From: Acutalibacteraceae bacterium
GTDB lineage: Bacteria > Bacillota > Clostridia > Oscillospirales > Acutalibacteraceae
Length of the DNA stretch: 64,000 nucleotides
NCBI GenBank assembly: GCA_045533455.1
Contig: JAZSHU010000052.1
Span: forward strand, 298-64,297
Direction: 5' to 3'
The translations under genes and the position numbers were made by a program. Shown in pieces: positions 36,816 through 46,167 of this stretch. The notes below the pieces were generated by a model that ran no database searches, was not told where the DNA came from, and saw nothing but the letters and a program-made list of their open reading frames with translations. The number at the start of each line of letters is the position of its first letter. The first letter of the stretch is position 1.

Positions 36816-36838
36816 TCTCCTTTTCTGTTCTCATCATT

Positions 36839-37146
36839 TCACATTGCACGACCATAATGCAGTTCGGCGGCATATTTTAAAAATCCGTATAGTTTGCGTC
36901 TGATACGTTTTAACTTTCTACAAACAACAGAAACATTGACGTTTGAGAGTTTAGCAATTTCTTCCTGAGTAAGTCTGTCATAGTAATAAAGGGTAAGGAT
37001 TTCCTTTTCTTTTTCGTTGAGTTCGATCTCTATAACCCTTGTCACTATTTTTTGAATGCTTCATCGTCTCTCTCATTGTCATAATCTTCACGCTGCCACA
37101 TTTCAAAAGCTGCTATGTCAAGAACGTATTCGCTACCGCCGGGCAT
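36839..37146 (-). pseudogene. Sigma-70 region-4-like HTH gene split into 33-aa (37045-37146) and 68-aa (36839-37045) ORFs at an A6 run
   Basis: TTC AAA AAA TAG overlapping GTG; LTQEEIAKLSNVNVSVVCRKLKR HTH. Confidence 0.5.
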
Positions 37147-37152
37147 TAAGAT

Positions 37153-37398
37153 TCACCTCTTTTGACAATTTCTATCGTCATTCCTTATGTTAATTTGGAA
37201 ATTAATACATTGAGCTGCGGAATCATTTGATGCTATAAATTCAATATTTTCAATCAAACCGCCAATAATCTGCCCTTTGCATCTCTGCATCTCTCTGTTA
37301 AACTCGCCAATAAGGCTTGTGATAAGCTCTTCAGCTTTTTTTGTAAGCTCATCATTCAAGGATTTCTTGATTGTTGCAAAAATATCGTTTTCAGTCAT
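37153..37398 (-). CDS. Phage hypothetical protein
   Basis: Coupled ORF. Confidence 0.55.
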   Translation of the reverse strand: MTENDIFATIKKSLNDELTKKAEELITSLIGEFNREMQRCKGQIIGGLIENIEFIASNDSAAQCINFQINIRNDDRNCQKR

Positions 37399-38000
37399 CA
37401 ACCCTCACTCCCTTCAACATGGCACCAACTCTGTGGCGGTCTAATCATAAAATCGCAACACTTGGCAAAATTGACCGAACAATCGGGGTTAAAATCAAGC
37501 CTGACACAATCACAATCGACTTTTCTGTATTGACAAGAACCGTCATTATTTCGATATTTGCAAAGTGTTCTGAACTCACTTAACTCTTTCGGCTCGTCAT
37601 AGATTACAAGGTCGGATATGTGCCAAGCATAGAGGCAAGGTGAATTTACTTCGTACTCCATTAAATCGCCCCAAGTTAAGCAGGATTGCACCGATATTCT
37701 ATTGGTCTGTTCTACGTTGGCTCTGTAATCGGTTGTGAAGCATTCTATTTCGTTGCATACAAATTCACCTATGACTTTGCCTATAAACTGTTGCATTAAT
37801 GGCTGATATTCTTTTGGTATCATTGCAAAAGAATTTTTATTTTTACTGCAATATATTTTCGCGGTTTTATCCCAATCATAGGCTTTGGGATAGTTTTTTC
37901 TGACTTCTGCCGTCTTTTCTTTCCCGATGTTCCAATCCATAATTTTTGCTATAATCAAGAACACCCAGTACGGCTGAATGCTGATTAATACTGATTTCAT
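37398..38000 (-). CDS. ASCH/PUA-like domain protein
   Basis: MKSVLISIQP..KTAEVRK..IYCS..GKVIGEFVC..YAWHISDL..RPPQSW. Confidence 0.7.
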   Translation of the reverse strand: MKSVLISIQPYWVFLIIAKIMDWNIGKEKTAEVRKNYPKAYDWDKTAKIYCSKNKNSFAMIPKEYQPLMQQFIGKVIGEFVCNEIECFTTDYRANVEQTNRISVQSCLTWGDLMEYEVNSPCLYAWHISDLVIYDEPKELSEFRTLCKYRNNDGSCQYRKVDCDCVRLDFNPDCSVNFAKCCDFMIRPPQSWCHVEGSEG

Positions 38001-38173
38001 TCCTCACTATTCCTCTCTTTTGACAGGTAACAAAACTGAACGATGCCCTTGTCAAACATACCTACAAGCTCATCCTCGTTATAGACTTCAATGAAATCAT
38101 CGGCGTTCTTCATATGTGTTGCGGATATGTTTGCTTTTGTACCGTCAGTAGCGTGCATTATAAATCTTTTCAT
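37997..38173 (-). CDS. 58-aa phage hypothetical protein
   Basis: ATGA overlaps at both ends; translated by hand (MKRFIMHATDG...ERNSEE). Confidence 0.55.
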   Translation of the reverse strand: MKRFIMHATDGTKANISATHMKNADDFIEVYNEDELVGMFDKGIVQFCYLSKERNSEE

Positions 38174-39036
38174 CCCGCCTCACTTCCTATAAGGTCAAAC
38201 AGAGTGGGCATTTCTGTCGATTCTTCATCAGATGAGCATTCTGTGATGTCTCTGAGCATTTTTTCTTTTGCCTCAGTATAGAATTTACGGTCAATTTCAA
38301 AACCGTAAGAATTTCTGCCCAATTCTGCGGCAGCTCTCAGCGTTGTACCGCTTCCTGCGCAAGGGTCAATTACAACATCACCCTGATCTGTAAAAATTTC
38401 AATCAACTGTTTCAGAAGGCTGACAGGCTTTTGGGTCGGATGTATTTTGGGATACTCTTTTGAGCTGTCCCTTTTCCATTCGAACCAATTAAAAATCATT
38501 TTGCCTGAACCTCTTACGGGCTTGCCCGTTTCGGGGTCAATCTGTCTTCCGTTGTTAAATTTCGGAAGCTTGTCACGATATAAAACAACCGCATATTCCG
38601 TAGCTCCGACAATCTTCATATTTGCTTTTAAAACTTGCGCCGAATAGTTCTTGACGAATACAAGCGGATAACTGTTATTAAATCCGTATTTCTTGCCGTA
38701 TTCAATAACAGTCTGCATCTGCTCAAAAGCACAGAAGATAATCATTGCAGGTGCTTGTCCTTTTTCTTTCGGTTCTTTCTTCAAAAGACGGTTGCAAAAA
38801 TGAAAGTATTCCGCAATTTTGAACTGACCGTCACAGTTAAAGAATGATTTTGCAGCAAGCTTGCTCTCACCGTTGCTGTTATCACCGCCGTTATACCAGG
38901 ACGGATTTGAGGCATAAGCGTTGGTGCCGAGATTATACGGAATATCGGTTATAACAAGCTGTGCCTTCGGTATGTTGTAACGCTTGTAATTCTGAAAATT
39001 ATCGTGATATAACTCACATTTAATTTTATTGTTCAT
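38170..39036 (-). CDS. Orphan N6-adenine/N4-cytosine DNA methyltransferase (beta class)
   Basis: TDIPY, HPTQKP, IDPCAGSGTT, GFEID. Confidence 0.9.
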   Translation of the reverse strand: MNNKIKCELYHDNFQNYKRYNIPKAQLVITDIPYNLGTNAYASNPSWYNGGDNSNGESKLAAKSFFNCDGQFKIAEYFHFCNRLLKKEPKEKGQAPAMIIFCAFEQMQTVIEYGKKYGFNNSYPLVFVKNYSAQVLKANMKIVGATEYAVVLYRDKLPKFNNGRQIDPETGKPVRGSGKMIFNWFEWKRDSSKEYPKIHPTQKPVSLLKQLIEIFTDQGDVVIDPCAGSGTTLRAAAELGRNSYGFEIDRKFYTEAKEKMLRDITECSSDEESTEMPTLFDLIGSEAG

Positions 39037-39421
39037 TACACTGCCTCGCCTTCAATGCTTTTTCGGCTTCTTCAAGTTCGTGTTTAAAAAATACGGTTTT
39101 CCCAAAATTATCAAGAGGAACGTGACAAATGCAATTTGGAAAACTGTGCCAAACAACGACGTACTGTTTTCTTTTTTGCCCTCTTAAAGTTGGAAAATCG
39201 CCAATATGAAAACCTACAACCTTACTTCCTACCCAATGGCTAAACACACCTTTTTTAAAAAATATCGCTTCGTATATTTCGTCACCCATCTTGCAGGGCA
39301 GTTTAAGAAAAAGTGATTTATCTTTAAAGTGTCTGCACTTATCAGCGTTTGAAAGTTCAATGCCGCCACCAAAAACAAAATCATTGCAGAGTTCATAGTG
39401 AAAACAATCTTTGCAAATCAT
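39026..39421 (-). CDS. Phage hypothetical protein
   Basis: CKDCFHYELC, LPCKMGD..GKTVF..EAEKAL pattern common in Clostridial phages. Confidence 0.65.
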   Translation of the reverse strand: MICKDCFHYELCNDFVFGGGIELSNADKCRHFKDKSLFLKLPCKMGDEIYEAIFFKKGVFSHWVGSKVVGFHIGDFPTLRGQKRKQYVVVWHSFPNCICHVPLDNFGKTVFFKHELEEAEKALKARQCNEQ

Positions 39422-39654
39422 TTCTGCTCCTCCTTGTTATTCTCGTTATAAAATTCTTCAAGTCCTGCGGTTATTGTACTGTCGCATCCGTTAAGGTCGG
39501 CAAGTTCAACAACCGTTGTTTTTACGCCCGTAAATTTGTTTCTGCGATAAACAACGCCGATTGCCTCATAGGGCTTACCTCTGAATGTAACCGGGCGTGA
39601 TGTGTCTACGCAACGGAATGCGAATTTTTTATAATCCTGCTCTTTGCCTTGCAT
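39418..39654 (-). CDS. Phage hypothetical protein
   Basis: Coupled ORF. Confidence 0.55.
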   Translation of the reverse strand: MQGKEQDYKKFAFRCVDTSRPVTFRGKPYEAIGVVYRRNKFTGVKTTVVELADLNGCDSTITAGLEEFYNENNKEEQK

Positions 39655-39814
39655 TTTTCATCATCTCCTCCATTCGCTTGATATGTGCCATTTTGCAATC
39701 AAAAAACATCATGTGTATAGCATCAATACAAGGCACGATGCAATTCTGATTTTTTGAGCATTGAACACAATGTTCTTTTGCAAACGCCAATGCTCTATTT
39801 TCGTTTTCGCTCAT
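39629..39814 (-). CDS. Small Cys-rich phage hypothetical protein
   Basis: RBS GGAG; overlaps neighbours. Confidence 0.5.
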   Translation of the reverse strand: MSENENRALAFAKEHCVQCSKNQNCIVPCIDAIHMMFFDCKMAHIKRMEEMMKNARQRAGL

Positions 39815-40604
39815 ATTTCAATTCTCCATGAAGGGATTTTTCTTCAAATTTTCCAAGGTCATAGGATGCTTTGGTTTCTTCCTTAGGCTTGTCCGCCGCT
39901 TTTTCAAAGGATGTTATCGGGAAGAATGCCGCCCATCCTCTGCGGATAACCTCTTCGAGATATTCGGCAACGGTCATTTTGCTGTCCTTGGCCATTTTGT
40001 CAAGCTTATTAAGGTTAAGTTTTATTGCCTTCTCGGTCTGTGCTGCTCTCTTTACCTTGCGGATATCAAGCCAATCGAGAAGAAGTAAACGGATTTCTTC
40101 ATCGTAATCCTCAACAAGATAAGCAAAAGCGTGAGCTTTTTGCGTGACCTTCGCAGAGGTTTTCTCCTTTTCGAGCTCTTTTTGCGGTATATCTTTATTA
40201 CCTAACTCTATACTTACCTTACCTAACCTATCCTGTGTATCCACATCGGATACAGAATGTATACATGGTGTATACGCTTTGTTTTCATCAAGGGTCAGAG
40301 CGGCTTTTTCTTCCTGATATTTCGTTGGTGTAAAGCGATCTTTTTGGATGTAGTTGTGAATCTTCCAATGCTTGATTACCACAACGCCGCTTTCAAACGG
40401 AATAAGGAATTTTTTTGCAATCAGAAGCTTTATATCATCTTCCTTGCACCCTACATTCCGCATAATTGATTTGGGATTATTGATAAAGCCCTCATCGTCA
40501 CCACGCATTGAAAGATGGAAGTATAGCAGCTGGCTTGATTGAGGCATATCAAGAAAGGCATCACTGTCAATTATTGTTTTTGCAAACATCCTGCGTTCAG
40601 CCAT
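39795..40604 (-). CDS. Phage replisome organizer/replication initiator
   Basis: MAERRMFAKTIIDSDAFLDMPQSSQLLYFHL, HWKIHNYIQKDR. Confidence 0.85.
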   Translation of the reverse strand: MAERRMFAKTIIDSDAFLDMPQSSQLLYFHLSMRGDDEGFINNPKSIMRNVGCKEDDIKLLIAKKFLIPFESGVVVIKHWKIHNYIQKDRFTPTKYQEEKAALTLDENKAYTPCIHSVSDVDTQDRLGKVSIELGNKDIPQKELEKEKTSAKVTQKAHAFAYLVEDYDEEIRLLLLDWLDIRKVKRAAQTEKAIKLNLNKLDKMAKDSKMTVAEYLEEVIRRGWAAFFPITSFEKAADKPKEETKASYDLGKFEEKSLHGELKYERKRK

Positions 40605-40827
40605 TTGTTACCTCCATACTGTAACGCTTGATATGGCAGTTTTCGCCGTATCTGTTCTTGACCGTTTCTGTTTTGCCTGTTATGGCATAACCGTCATTCC
40701 TGAGGTCGGATATCCTCGAAGCTAACCGCATAACACCCAAATCCCTTAACGCATCAAACTGAGTTATTGAACCGAATTCTGATATGTATTTGAGAACTCT
40801 CTCTTTTTGCGTTGCTTTTGGCATCAT
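40597..40827 (-). CDS. Small winged-HTH protein
   Basis: TQKERVLKYI..GSITQFDA..GVMRLASRISDLR. Confidence 0.75.
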   Translation of the reverse strand: MMPKATQKERVLKYISEFGSITQFDALRDLGVMRLASRISDLRNDGYAITGKTETVKNRYGENCHIKRYSMEVTNG

Positions 40828-41150
40828 TAAACCTCCCTTATCTGTATTCCGTGAACATAAAGCATTAATTTTCGCTTTATGATATAATCCTTGGTGCGGA
40901 ATCCCTTTGTATCTTCAACAACCGTTTTGCCGTTTTCGGTGTAGCAAAAATCCGCCTTGTATTTGCAAGGGCGTTCAATCAGCCTGCCGTTGACCCTCTG
41001 AGAAGGAATAAGCTCAAACTCAACCTGAGTTTGCAGGTCGGATATAGCTTTACCCCTTTCCATAAGCTTCAACTCACAATAGCGGTTATACTCTCTTTTG
41101 CTGTCAAAGGTCATTCCGTCAACCGTTATCTTTTTGTTGCCGTACTTCAT
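40827..41150 (-). CDS. DUF1064-like PD-(D/E)XK nuclease
   Basis: KYGNKK..DGMTFDSKRE, YKADF, VVEDTKG. Confidence 0.8.
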   Translation of the reverse strand: MKYGNKKITVDGMTFDSKREYNRYCELKLMERGKAISDLQTQVEFELIPSQRVNGRLIERPCKYKADFCYTENGKTVVEDTKGFRTKDYIIKRKLMLYVHGIQIREV

Positions 41151-41551
41151 CAGAACGGTAAATCTTCTGCGGGAATTTCTCTGAAATCCTCATCATCAGA
41201 AGGCGGTTGAATATCCATGGAATTTGACGGGGCGGCATTTTCTTTTTTATCACCACAGAAGCTGACGTTATCTGCTACAATATCAACATTCTTGCGCTTG
41301 TTGCCGTTTTTATCCTCCCACGTTCTTGTGGCAAGGTGTCCCTGAACGGCTATCATTGAGCCCTTGCGGAAATATTTGCAGATAAATTCTGCGGTCTGTC
41401 TCCATGCGATAACATCAAGAAAATCTGTTTTTTCCTTATCAAATCTGTTGTCAACCGCAACGGAAAAAGAAGTAACCGATTTGCCGCTTTCTGTCACTCT
41501 CAACTCTGGGTCTTTTGTGAGCCTGCCCATAATTACTGCATTATTTAACAT
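41150..41551 (-). CDS. ssb: Single-stranded DNA-binding protein
   Basis: GRLTKDPEL, TDFLDVIAW, C-terminal DLPF. Confidence 0.95.
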   Translation of the reverse strand: MLNNAVIMGRLTKDPELRVTESGKSVTSFSVAVDNRFDKEKTDFLDVIAWRQTAEFICKYFRKGSMIAVQGHLATRTWEDKNGNKRKNVDIVADNVSFCGDKKENAAPSNSMDIQPPSDDEDFREIPAEDLPF

Positions 41552-41562
41552 ATGTAATCTCC

Positions 41563-41829
41563 TTAAATGTAATTTTTACCGAATTCTTTTATAAAATCTG
41601 TTACGGTCATACCGTACTTGTCCATAATCATCATTTGATATTTTGCTTTTAAAGCCTGCATATTCTCGGCATTGTGGTGAACACCGTCGGGCGGCTCGTT
41701 GTGGCAGAAATGGCATAGATCCGCAACCGCACCGAATTTTTCCGATTTCTTCCGGTATGGACCATTGAACACATGATGCCGTTCTATCCACAGTGTCGAG
41801 CCGCATATTTCGCACACCCTCATTGCCAA
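41563..41829 (-). CDS. HNH-like small protein
   Basis: CEICG..ERHHVFNG..LCHFCH..GVH. Confidence 0.7.
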   Translation of the reverse strand: MAMRVCEICGSTLWIERHHVFNGPYRKKSEKFGAVADLCHFCHNEPPDGVHHNAENMQALKAKYQMMIMDKYGMTVTDFIKEFGKNYI

Positions 41830-42347
41830 GCCTCACATATTCTTGCAAGCTCGGCAGGGGTCATTGTTTCAATTCCCACTGCTTTGCAATCCTGAACGAT
41901 GTAATCAATGAGGCGTGACATCTGCCGTGTGTTATACCTCGATGAACCGTAATAGCATCTGACTATTACATTCTCGCCGTCAGGCATAAAATCAACCTGC
42001 TCTGTAATCCAACCTGTTCCGAGCATTTCCCACGCCGTGCGCAGGGTCTTTGCATCATCGGGCGACATATTCGGGAAATCTTTGAAAATGCCCACAGCCT
42101 TTATTGCATTGCGGTAAACCTCTTCTTTGGTTGTTCCTGCCGCTTCCGCAAGCTTGGTGCAGAGCTGCCAACAGTAATCGTTGGCGTTGATGCTTCTTTT
42201 GGGCTTGAATCGCGTTATTTTGGCGTTCAGTTCCTTGCCGTCAAGTTTGTCATAGTAGGGTCGGAAATCGCCCTGTACGGCAAGAGAGAGAATCTGCTGA
42301 CCGTTTCTGCTGAATTGCAAATCGTGAATGGTGCACTTAATTTCCAT
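41820..42347 (-). CDS. NinB-like recombination accessory protein
   Basis: KRSINANDYCW..GSSRYNTRQMSRLIDYIVQDCKAVGIET. Confidence 0.65.
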   Translation of the reverse strand: MEIKCTIHDLQFSRNGQQILSLAVQGDFRPYYDKLDGKELNAKITRFKPKRSINANDYCWQLCTKLAEAAGTTKEEVYRNAIKAVGIFKDFPNMSPDDAKTLRTAWEMLGTGWITEQVDFMPDGENVIVRCYYGSSRYNTRQMSRLIDYIVQDCKAVGIETMTPAELARICEAWQ

Positions 42348-42895
42348 CAGGATGCACTCCACACAAAAGCTCTTTTACCGAGCTTTGTATTTATAATTGC
42401 AACACCTGTGATTTTCTTATCTTCGGAAATGGCGATTTTCTCAATTATGAATTTATCCTTGCAGGTGTAAATAGGCTTACCGTATTTATCTTTTCTGCCA
42501 GTATCTTTAACATTGCAGTTCTCGGCTTTAATCCATATAGTTGGCGACGTATAAAGTTCTCTGCCGATGCCCCAATTCACACAAGCACGCTTGAAACTGT
42601 CGGATGCTTCGCCTTTCTCGGCTTCGGTGTTGCTTTCTGTTCCGCAGTCTGATTTCCATATCCATTCCGGAGAAGCTGACGAATCGTTATATTCGGCATT
42701 TATCCCTACTTTGCAGAACAAATTGCCTTTGCATTCATAATGCTCGCGCTGCCAATTCTCGGTACCTACCGTTTCGTCAAGTATGTTCATGTCGCAACGT
42801 GCGTTTTTGTAAAGCAGAAGCGAAACACCGTCTTTGGTGCATTGCTGCACCCTGCATTCAATTTCATCGGCGGTAAGATTGCGAAACTTAATCAT
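42347..42895 (-). CDS. Rad52/Sak-like single-strand annealing protein
   Basis: YKNARCDMNILDETVG..W; EKGEASDSFKRACVNWGIGRELY. Confidence 0.8.
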   Translation of the reverse strand: MIKFRNLTADEIECRVQQCTKDGVSLLLYKNARCDMNILDETVGTENWQREHYECKGNLFCKVGINAEYNDSSASPEWIWKSDCGTESNTEAEKGEASDSFKRACVNWGIGRELYTSPTIWIKAENCNVKDTGRKDKYGKPIYTCKDKFIIEKIAISEDKKITGVAIINTKLGKRAFVWSAS

Positions 42896-43368
42896 TTTAT
42901 CTGCACTCCTTCATTTATTTTAAGTTCTGCGCCTGCAATCACGGCACCCGTAAGCAGGACCTTGCGAATAGCCGACTTGTCAAACTCAACCTTTGCAGGC
43001 TTGATGTATTCCTCGGGAATTGCCGACGGGTCGGTAATCTCAACAGCTTTGCTCGTTGATAGTGCGACCTTAAAAATACCTGTGTTTTCTTTCTGTACTC
43101 CTTTGGCTTTAAGGAATACAGATATTGCCGTTTTCATTCGGTCTATGGAATTCTCAACCGATTTTTGTTTGTCTGCAATTCTTGACTTTTCGGCTTTAAG
43201 TGCCTCGGCATCTGTTTCAAGCTGACGGATAACCTTGCAATAGCTTTCAAGCTTTTCGTCTGCACCCATCGCTTCAAGAGTGTCATTGAGTATCTGCTCG
43301 TCTATTTCGCCGTTACAAAGAAGCTCATAAAGCTCATTTGCGGCATTTGTCATTTCATAAAGTGTCAT
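42892..43368 (-). CDS. Siphovirus Gp157-family protein
   Basis: MTLYEM..DTLEAM..IPEEYIK..DKSAIRKVL..GAEL. Confidence 0.8.
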   Translation of the reverse strand: MTLYEMTNAANELYELLCNGEIDEQILNDTLEAMGADEKLESYCKVIRQLETDAEALKAEKSRIADKQKSVENSIDRMKTAISVFLKAKGVQKENTGIFKVALSTSKAVEITDPSAIPEEYIKPAKVEFDKSAIRKVLLTGAVIAGAELKINEGVQIK

Positions 43369-43790
43369 TAAAAATCCTCCTTCAGTTTTTCTGCAAACCA
43401 CGATTTGTCGCTGCCGATAAATTCAAGGCAACATAGGTTTGTAAATTCTCTGATAACCCTTATTTCATTCATAAGGATTTCGTTTATCTGCTCGGGAGTG
43501 AATACCGATGCGACAAAGCCGTTGATTTTAACGCTTTCAAGGGCGTTTTCGTCACCGCCGAATTTGTAACACAGTTCAACATCTGTATCATGAGAATATA
43601 TACACTCGTTGCACACGCCTGAGGTCAGCTCATCCTCTGTGTACCACTCACCGCAGATTTTGCATTCGTGCATTTCTTCAAACCATCCGTGACAGTACGG
43701 GCAACAACCGACCTTTTCACCGTGAGGCTCGGTTACGGTGTCGGGGTTTTCAAATTCCCTGCCGCAACGCTCGCATTTGTACCTTAACAT
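43368..43790 (-). CDS. Cys-rich zinc-binding phage protein
   Basis: CERCG, CPYC, CKICG, CNEC. Confidence 0.65.
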   Translation of the reverse strand: MLRYKCERCGREFENPDTVTEPHGEKVGCCPYCHGWFEEMHECKICGEWYTEDELTSGVCNECIYSHDTDVELCYKFGGDENALESVKINGFVASVFTPEQINEILMNEIRVIREFTNLCCLEFIGSDKSWFAEKLKEDF

Positions 43791-43924
43791 TCAACCACCT
43801 CAACCTTTGTTACAAAGCCGTCACGACCAAGGCTGTTGGCGGCTGCCGCAAGTCCTACGGGGTTGTCCCATTCGCCCCAAAAATACCATTCGCCATCAAC
43901 AAGGCGGTAAAGCTTATATTTCAT
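43784..43924 (-). CDS. 46-aa phage hypothetical protein
   Basis: ATGA overlap, RBS AAGGAG; translated by hand ([19 protein letters not shown]...). Confidence 0.5.
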   Translation of the reverse strand: MKYKLYRLVDGEWYFWGEWDNPVGLAAAANSLGRDGFVTKVEVVEC

Positions 43925-44595
43925 TTCTGCTCAGTGTTCTCCTTTATCTCAATTTCTTCAAGTCTGCCGCATTCATTAACTCTGTGGAACTGGTTTGCAA
44001 ATGCGAGGATTGAATTACGCATTTTTATGTATTCCTCATCATCACACTGCATTGAGCAAAGGTGATATGCAAGCTGACAGGCAAGACGTTTGTCCGTTTT
44101 TACTTTAAGACCGCCGCACCATAAGGGATAACACGAAAAATCGAGGTCGGCTCCCTTGAGGTCGGCTCCGCTGAGGTTGGCTCCGCTGAGGTTGGCTTCG
44201 CTGAGGTTGGCTCCCCTGAGGTCGGCTTCGCTGAGGTCGGCTCTGCTGAGGTTGGCTCCCCTGAGGTCGGCTCTGCTGAGGTTGGCTCCCCTGAGGTCGG
44301 CTCCCCTGAGGTCGGCTCCCCTGAGGTCATAATCCAATATTGCTTTTTTACATCCGTTTTTCAGAAGTTCAAGAACTTCCTTACGGTTGAAAGGCTTCTG
44401 ATGTCCGATAACCTCAAATTTATCAGCATCAACATCAAAAGCACCGTAACTGCCGTTTTCGTGTTCCAACACCTTTACCCTTATGTGTTTTTCGTTGTAA
44501 ACTTCCGTTACAACACCTCTTGTCATTTTTTCATTTGTAATGCCGTAGCCGTTACCGGGCAGGCCTTTTACAAAATCGCCTACTGAAATATTCAT
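43921..44595 (-). CDS. Pentapeptide-repeat protein
   Basis: About 12 A(D/N)L(R/S)x repeats encoded by a 15-bp tandem repeat (~44143-44328). Confidence 0.85.
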   Translation of the reverse strand: MNISVGDFVKGLPGNGYGITNEKMTRGVVTEVYNEKHIRVKVLEHENGSYGAFDVDADKFEVIGHQKPFNRKEVLELLKNGCKKAILDYDLRGADLRGADLRGANLSRADLRGANLSRADLSEADLRGANLSEANLSGANLSGADLKGADLDFSCYPLWCGGLKVKTDKRLACQLAYHLCSMQCDDEEYIKMRNSILAFANQFHRVNECGRLEEIEIKENTEQK

Positions 44596-44683
44596 TGACA
44601 AAATTCCTTCTTTCGTTTAAAATTAAAATTACAAATTTCTTTCTTTGCCGCTTTACCGATTGCCGTCGGTGAGCGGCTTCTTT

Positions 44684-45400
44684 TTATCCCCATTGTTCAG
44701 CCATTGCACGGGCTATGCCCCAAAATGTTTTGCTTCTCACCTTTGAAGCTCCACCCGCTCTGCTATATCCTGCTTTATCGGGGTTGCCTTTGTTTCGGCT
44801 TGTACCACACGAAACAAACGGTTTGTATTCGGTCAATATGTTTGTAGGTTTTAAAGGGTCAAGTCCCTTTAACCATAGATAGGTTAATTTACTGTATGGT
44901 TCACCAAATTCATAAGGTTGTATTTGTTGTGTTTCTTTCGGTAGCCCGACAACCTTTAAAGGTCGGGGATTTTCAATGCAGATTTTTTCACATTTAGCAT
45001 TATAAAGAACCATAAAGAACCGCTTTGCTTCAAGTGCTTTTTCATATCTTTCGAAGTCAATGTTGCCCTTTGTAGGGTACATTCTGCAAGCCCCTGCGGC
45101 TGTCATATAAGTGCAAGGCGGGAAAGCGATAATTAAATCCCACTTTGGCGGCAATTCGTGCGTTTTTCCGTCTTGTGTTTTAAATGTTCCTATCATTTCA
45201 TCAGGAATATTCGGGTCAAGGCTGCAAAGCCATATATCAGGCTCAATCAGATTTATTACATCGCCCTGTATATGCCATTCGGGGTGTCCGCCGGAACAAG
45301 GAATAATATCACAAGAATAAGCATTGTGACCTTTTCTTCTGAACTCAATACAAACCCTTTGTGATTCTTCACAAGCAATCAATACATTCATTTTTTTCAT
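44684..45400 (-). CDS. Phage C5-cytosine DNA methyltransferase-like protein
   Basis: VLIACEESQ, SCDI, IAFPPCTY (PC), IENP, RSKTFWGIARAMAEQWG. Confidence 0.7.
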   Translation of the reverse strand: MKKMNVLIACEESQRVCIEFRRKGHNAYSCDIIPCSGGHPEWHIQGDVINLIEPDIWLCSLDPNIPDEMIGTFKTQDGKTHELPPKWDLIIAFPPCTYMTAAGACRMYPTKGNIDFERYEKALEAKRFFMVLYNAKCEKICIENPRPLKVVGLPKETQQIQPYEFGEPYSKLTYLWLKGLDPLKPTNILTEYKPFVSCGTSRNKGNPDKAGYSRAGGASKVRSKTFWGIARAMAEQWG

Positions 45401-45687
45401 CGCCACATATCATCTCCAAACACCTTGATTTGACCTGCAATCCAATCCTCATCGGGTCTGCCGTGTTTCGCAGGCTTATTAAGCCAAGCCATAAAACGTT
45501 TATTTTTGCGTAACTGTTTGCCGATGAATCGCAGGATTCGTTTCCACAGACGGCGGAAAAAGGGAATTAAATGCTCATCTTCCCATTTGATTATTTTGGG
45601 CTCTTTGAAAAATGCATAAATAAGCAGACCCGATAAAATACCTCCCGTGAATGTTGCCACGGTGTATGCGATTGTTTCTGTGTTCAC
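45397..45687 (-). CDS. Small membrane protein
   Basis: N-terminal TM, RBS GGAGGAG. Confidence 0.6.
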   Translation of the reverse strand: MNTETIAYTVATFTGGILSGLLIYAFFKEPKIIKWEDEHLIPFFRRLWKRILRFIGKQLRKNKRFMAWLNKPAKHGRPDEDWIAGQIKVFGDDMWR

Positions 45688-45896
45688 GCACTCTCCTCCA
45701 ATCCCAGATAAGCCAAAGCATCGTGACGCTTGATGCGGATAACTTTACCGTCAACCGTTGCGTTGAGTTTGCCTTCTCTGATTCTGTTACGGACCGTCTG
45801 CTCGGATGCCCTCATAAACGCCGCCATTTCGGCAACAGTCAGTATTTCAGGCAGCTTTGAACGGTCATAAACATAAGGTGGTTCTTTGTTTCGCAT
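45684..45896 (-). CDS. Excisionase-like HTH protein
   Basis: LPEILTVAEMAAFMRASEQTVRNRIREGKLNA..IRI. Confidence 0.8.
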   Translation of the reverse strand: MRNKEPPYVYDRSKLPEILTVAEMAAFMRASEQTVRNRIREGKLNATVDGKVIRIKRHDALAYLGLEESA

Positions 45897-46167
45897 AGGG
45901 TTCCTCCTTTGAATTATTTTTATTTTGTCGTTTTATTTTTGTAGCAATATACAAAAAAAGTCAGAAAATGTTATAACAATATACACCCTTGGGTATAACA
46001 AAAAACGGCTTTTCTTACAGTTTTTGTCAAACTTTTTGTTTGTTTTGAATAAACGACAGTTAATGGATTAAATTGACATAAATTTCATATGCAGGTATAA
46101 TTAATAAGGAAAACATATGAAGGTGTCGGCAAGATGAAAATTATTATTGAAGAGGAGAATGGGTTTT

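Noticed and set aside
38170-39036. Restriction-modification system
   Set aside because: No cognate restriction endonuclease nearby; orphan MTases are common in phage early regions.
44100-44330. ORF with (EPTS)n repeats
   Set aside because: Alternative frame of the pentapeptide-repeat gene.
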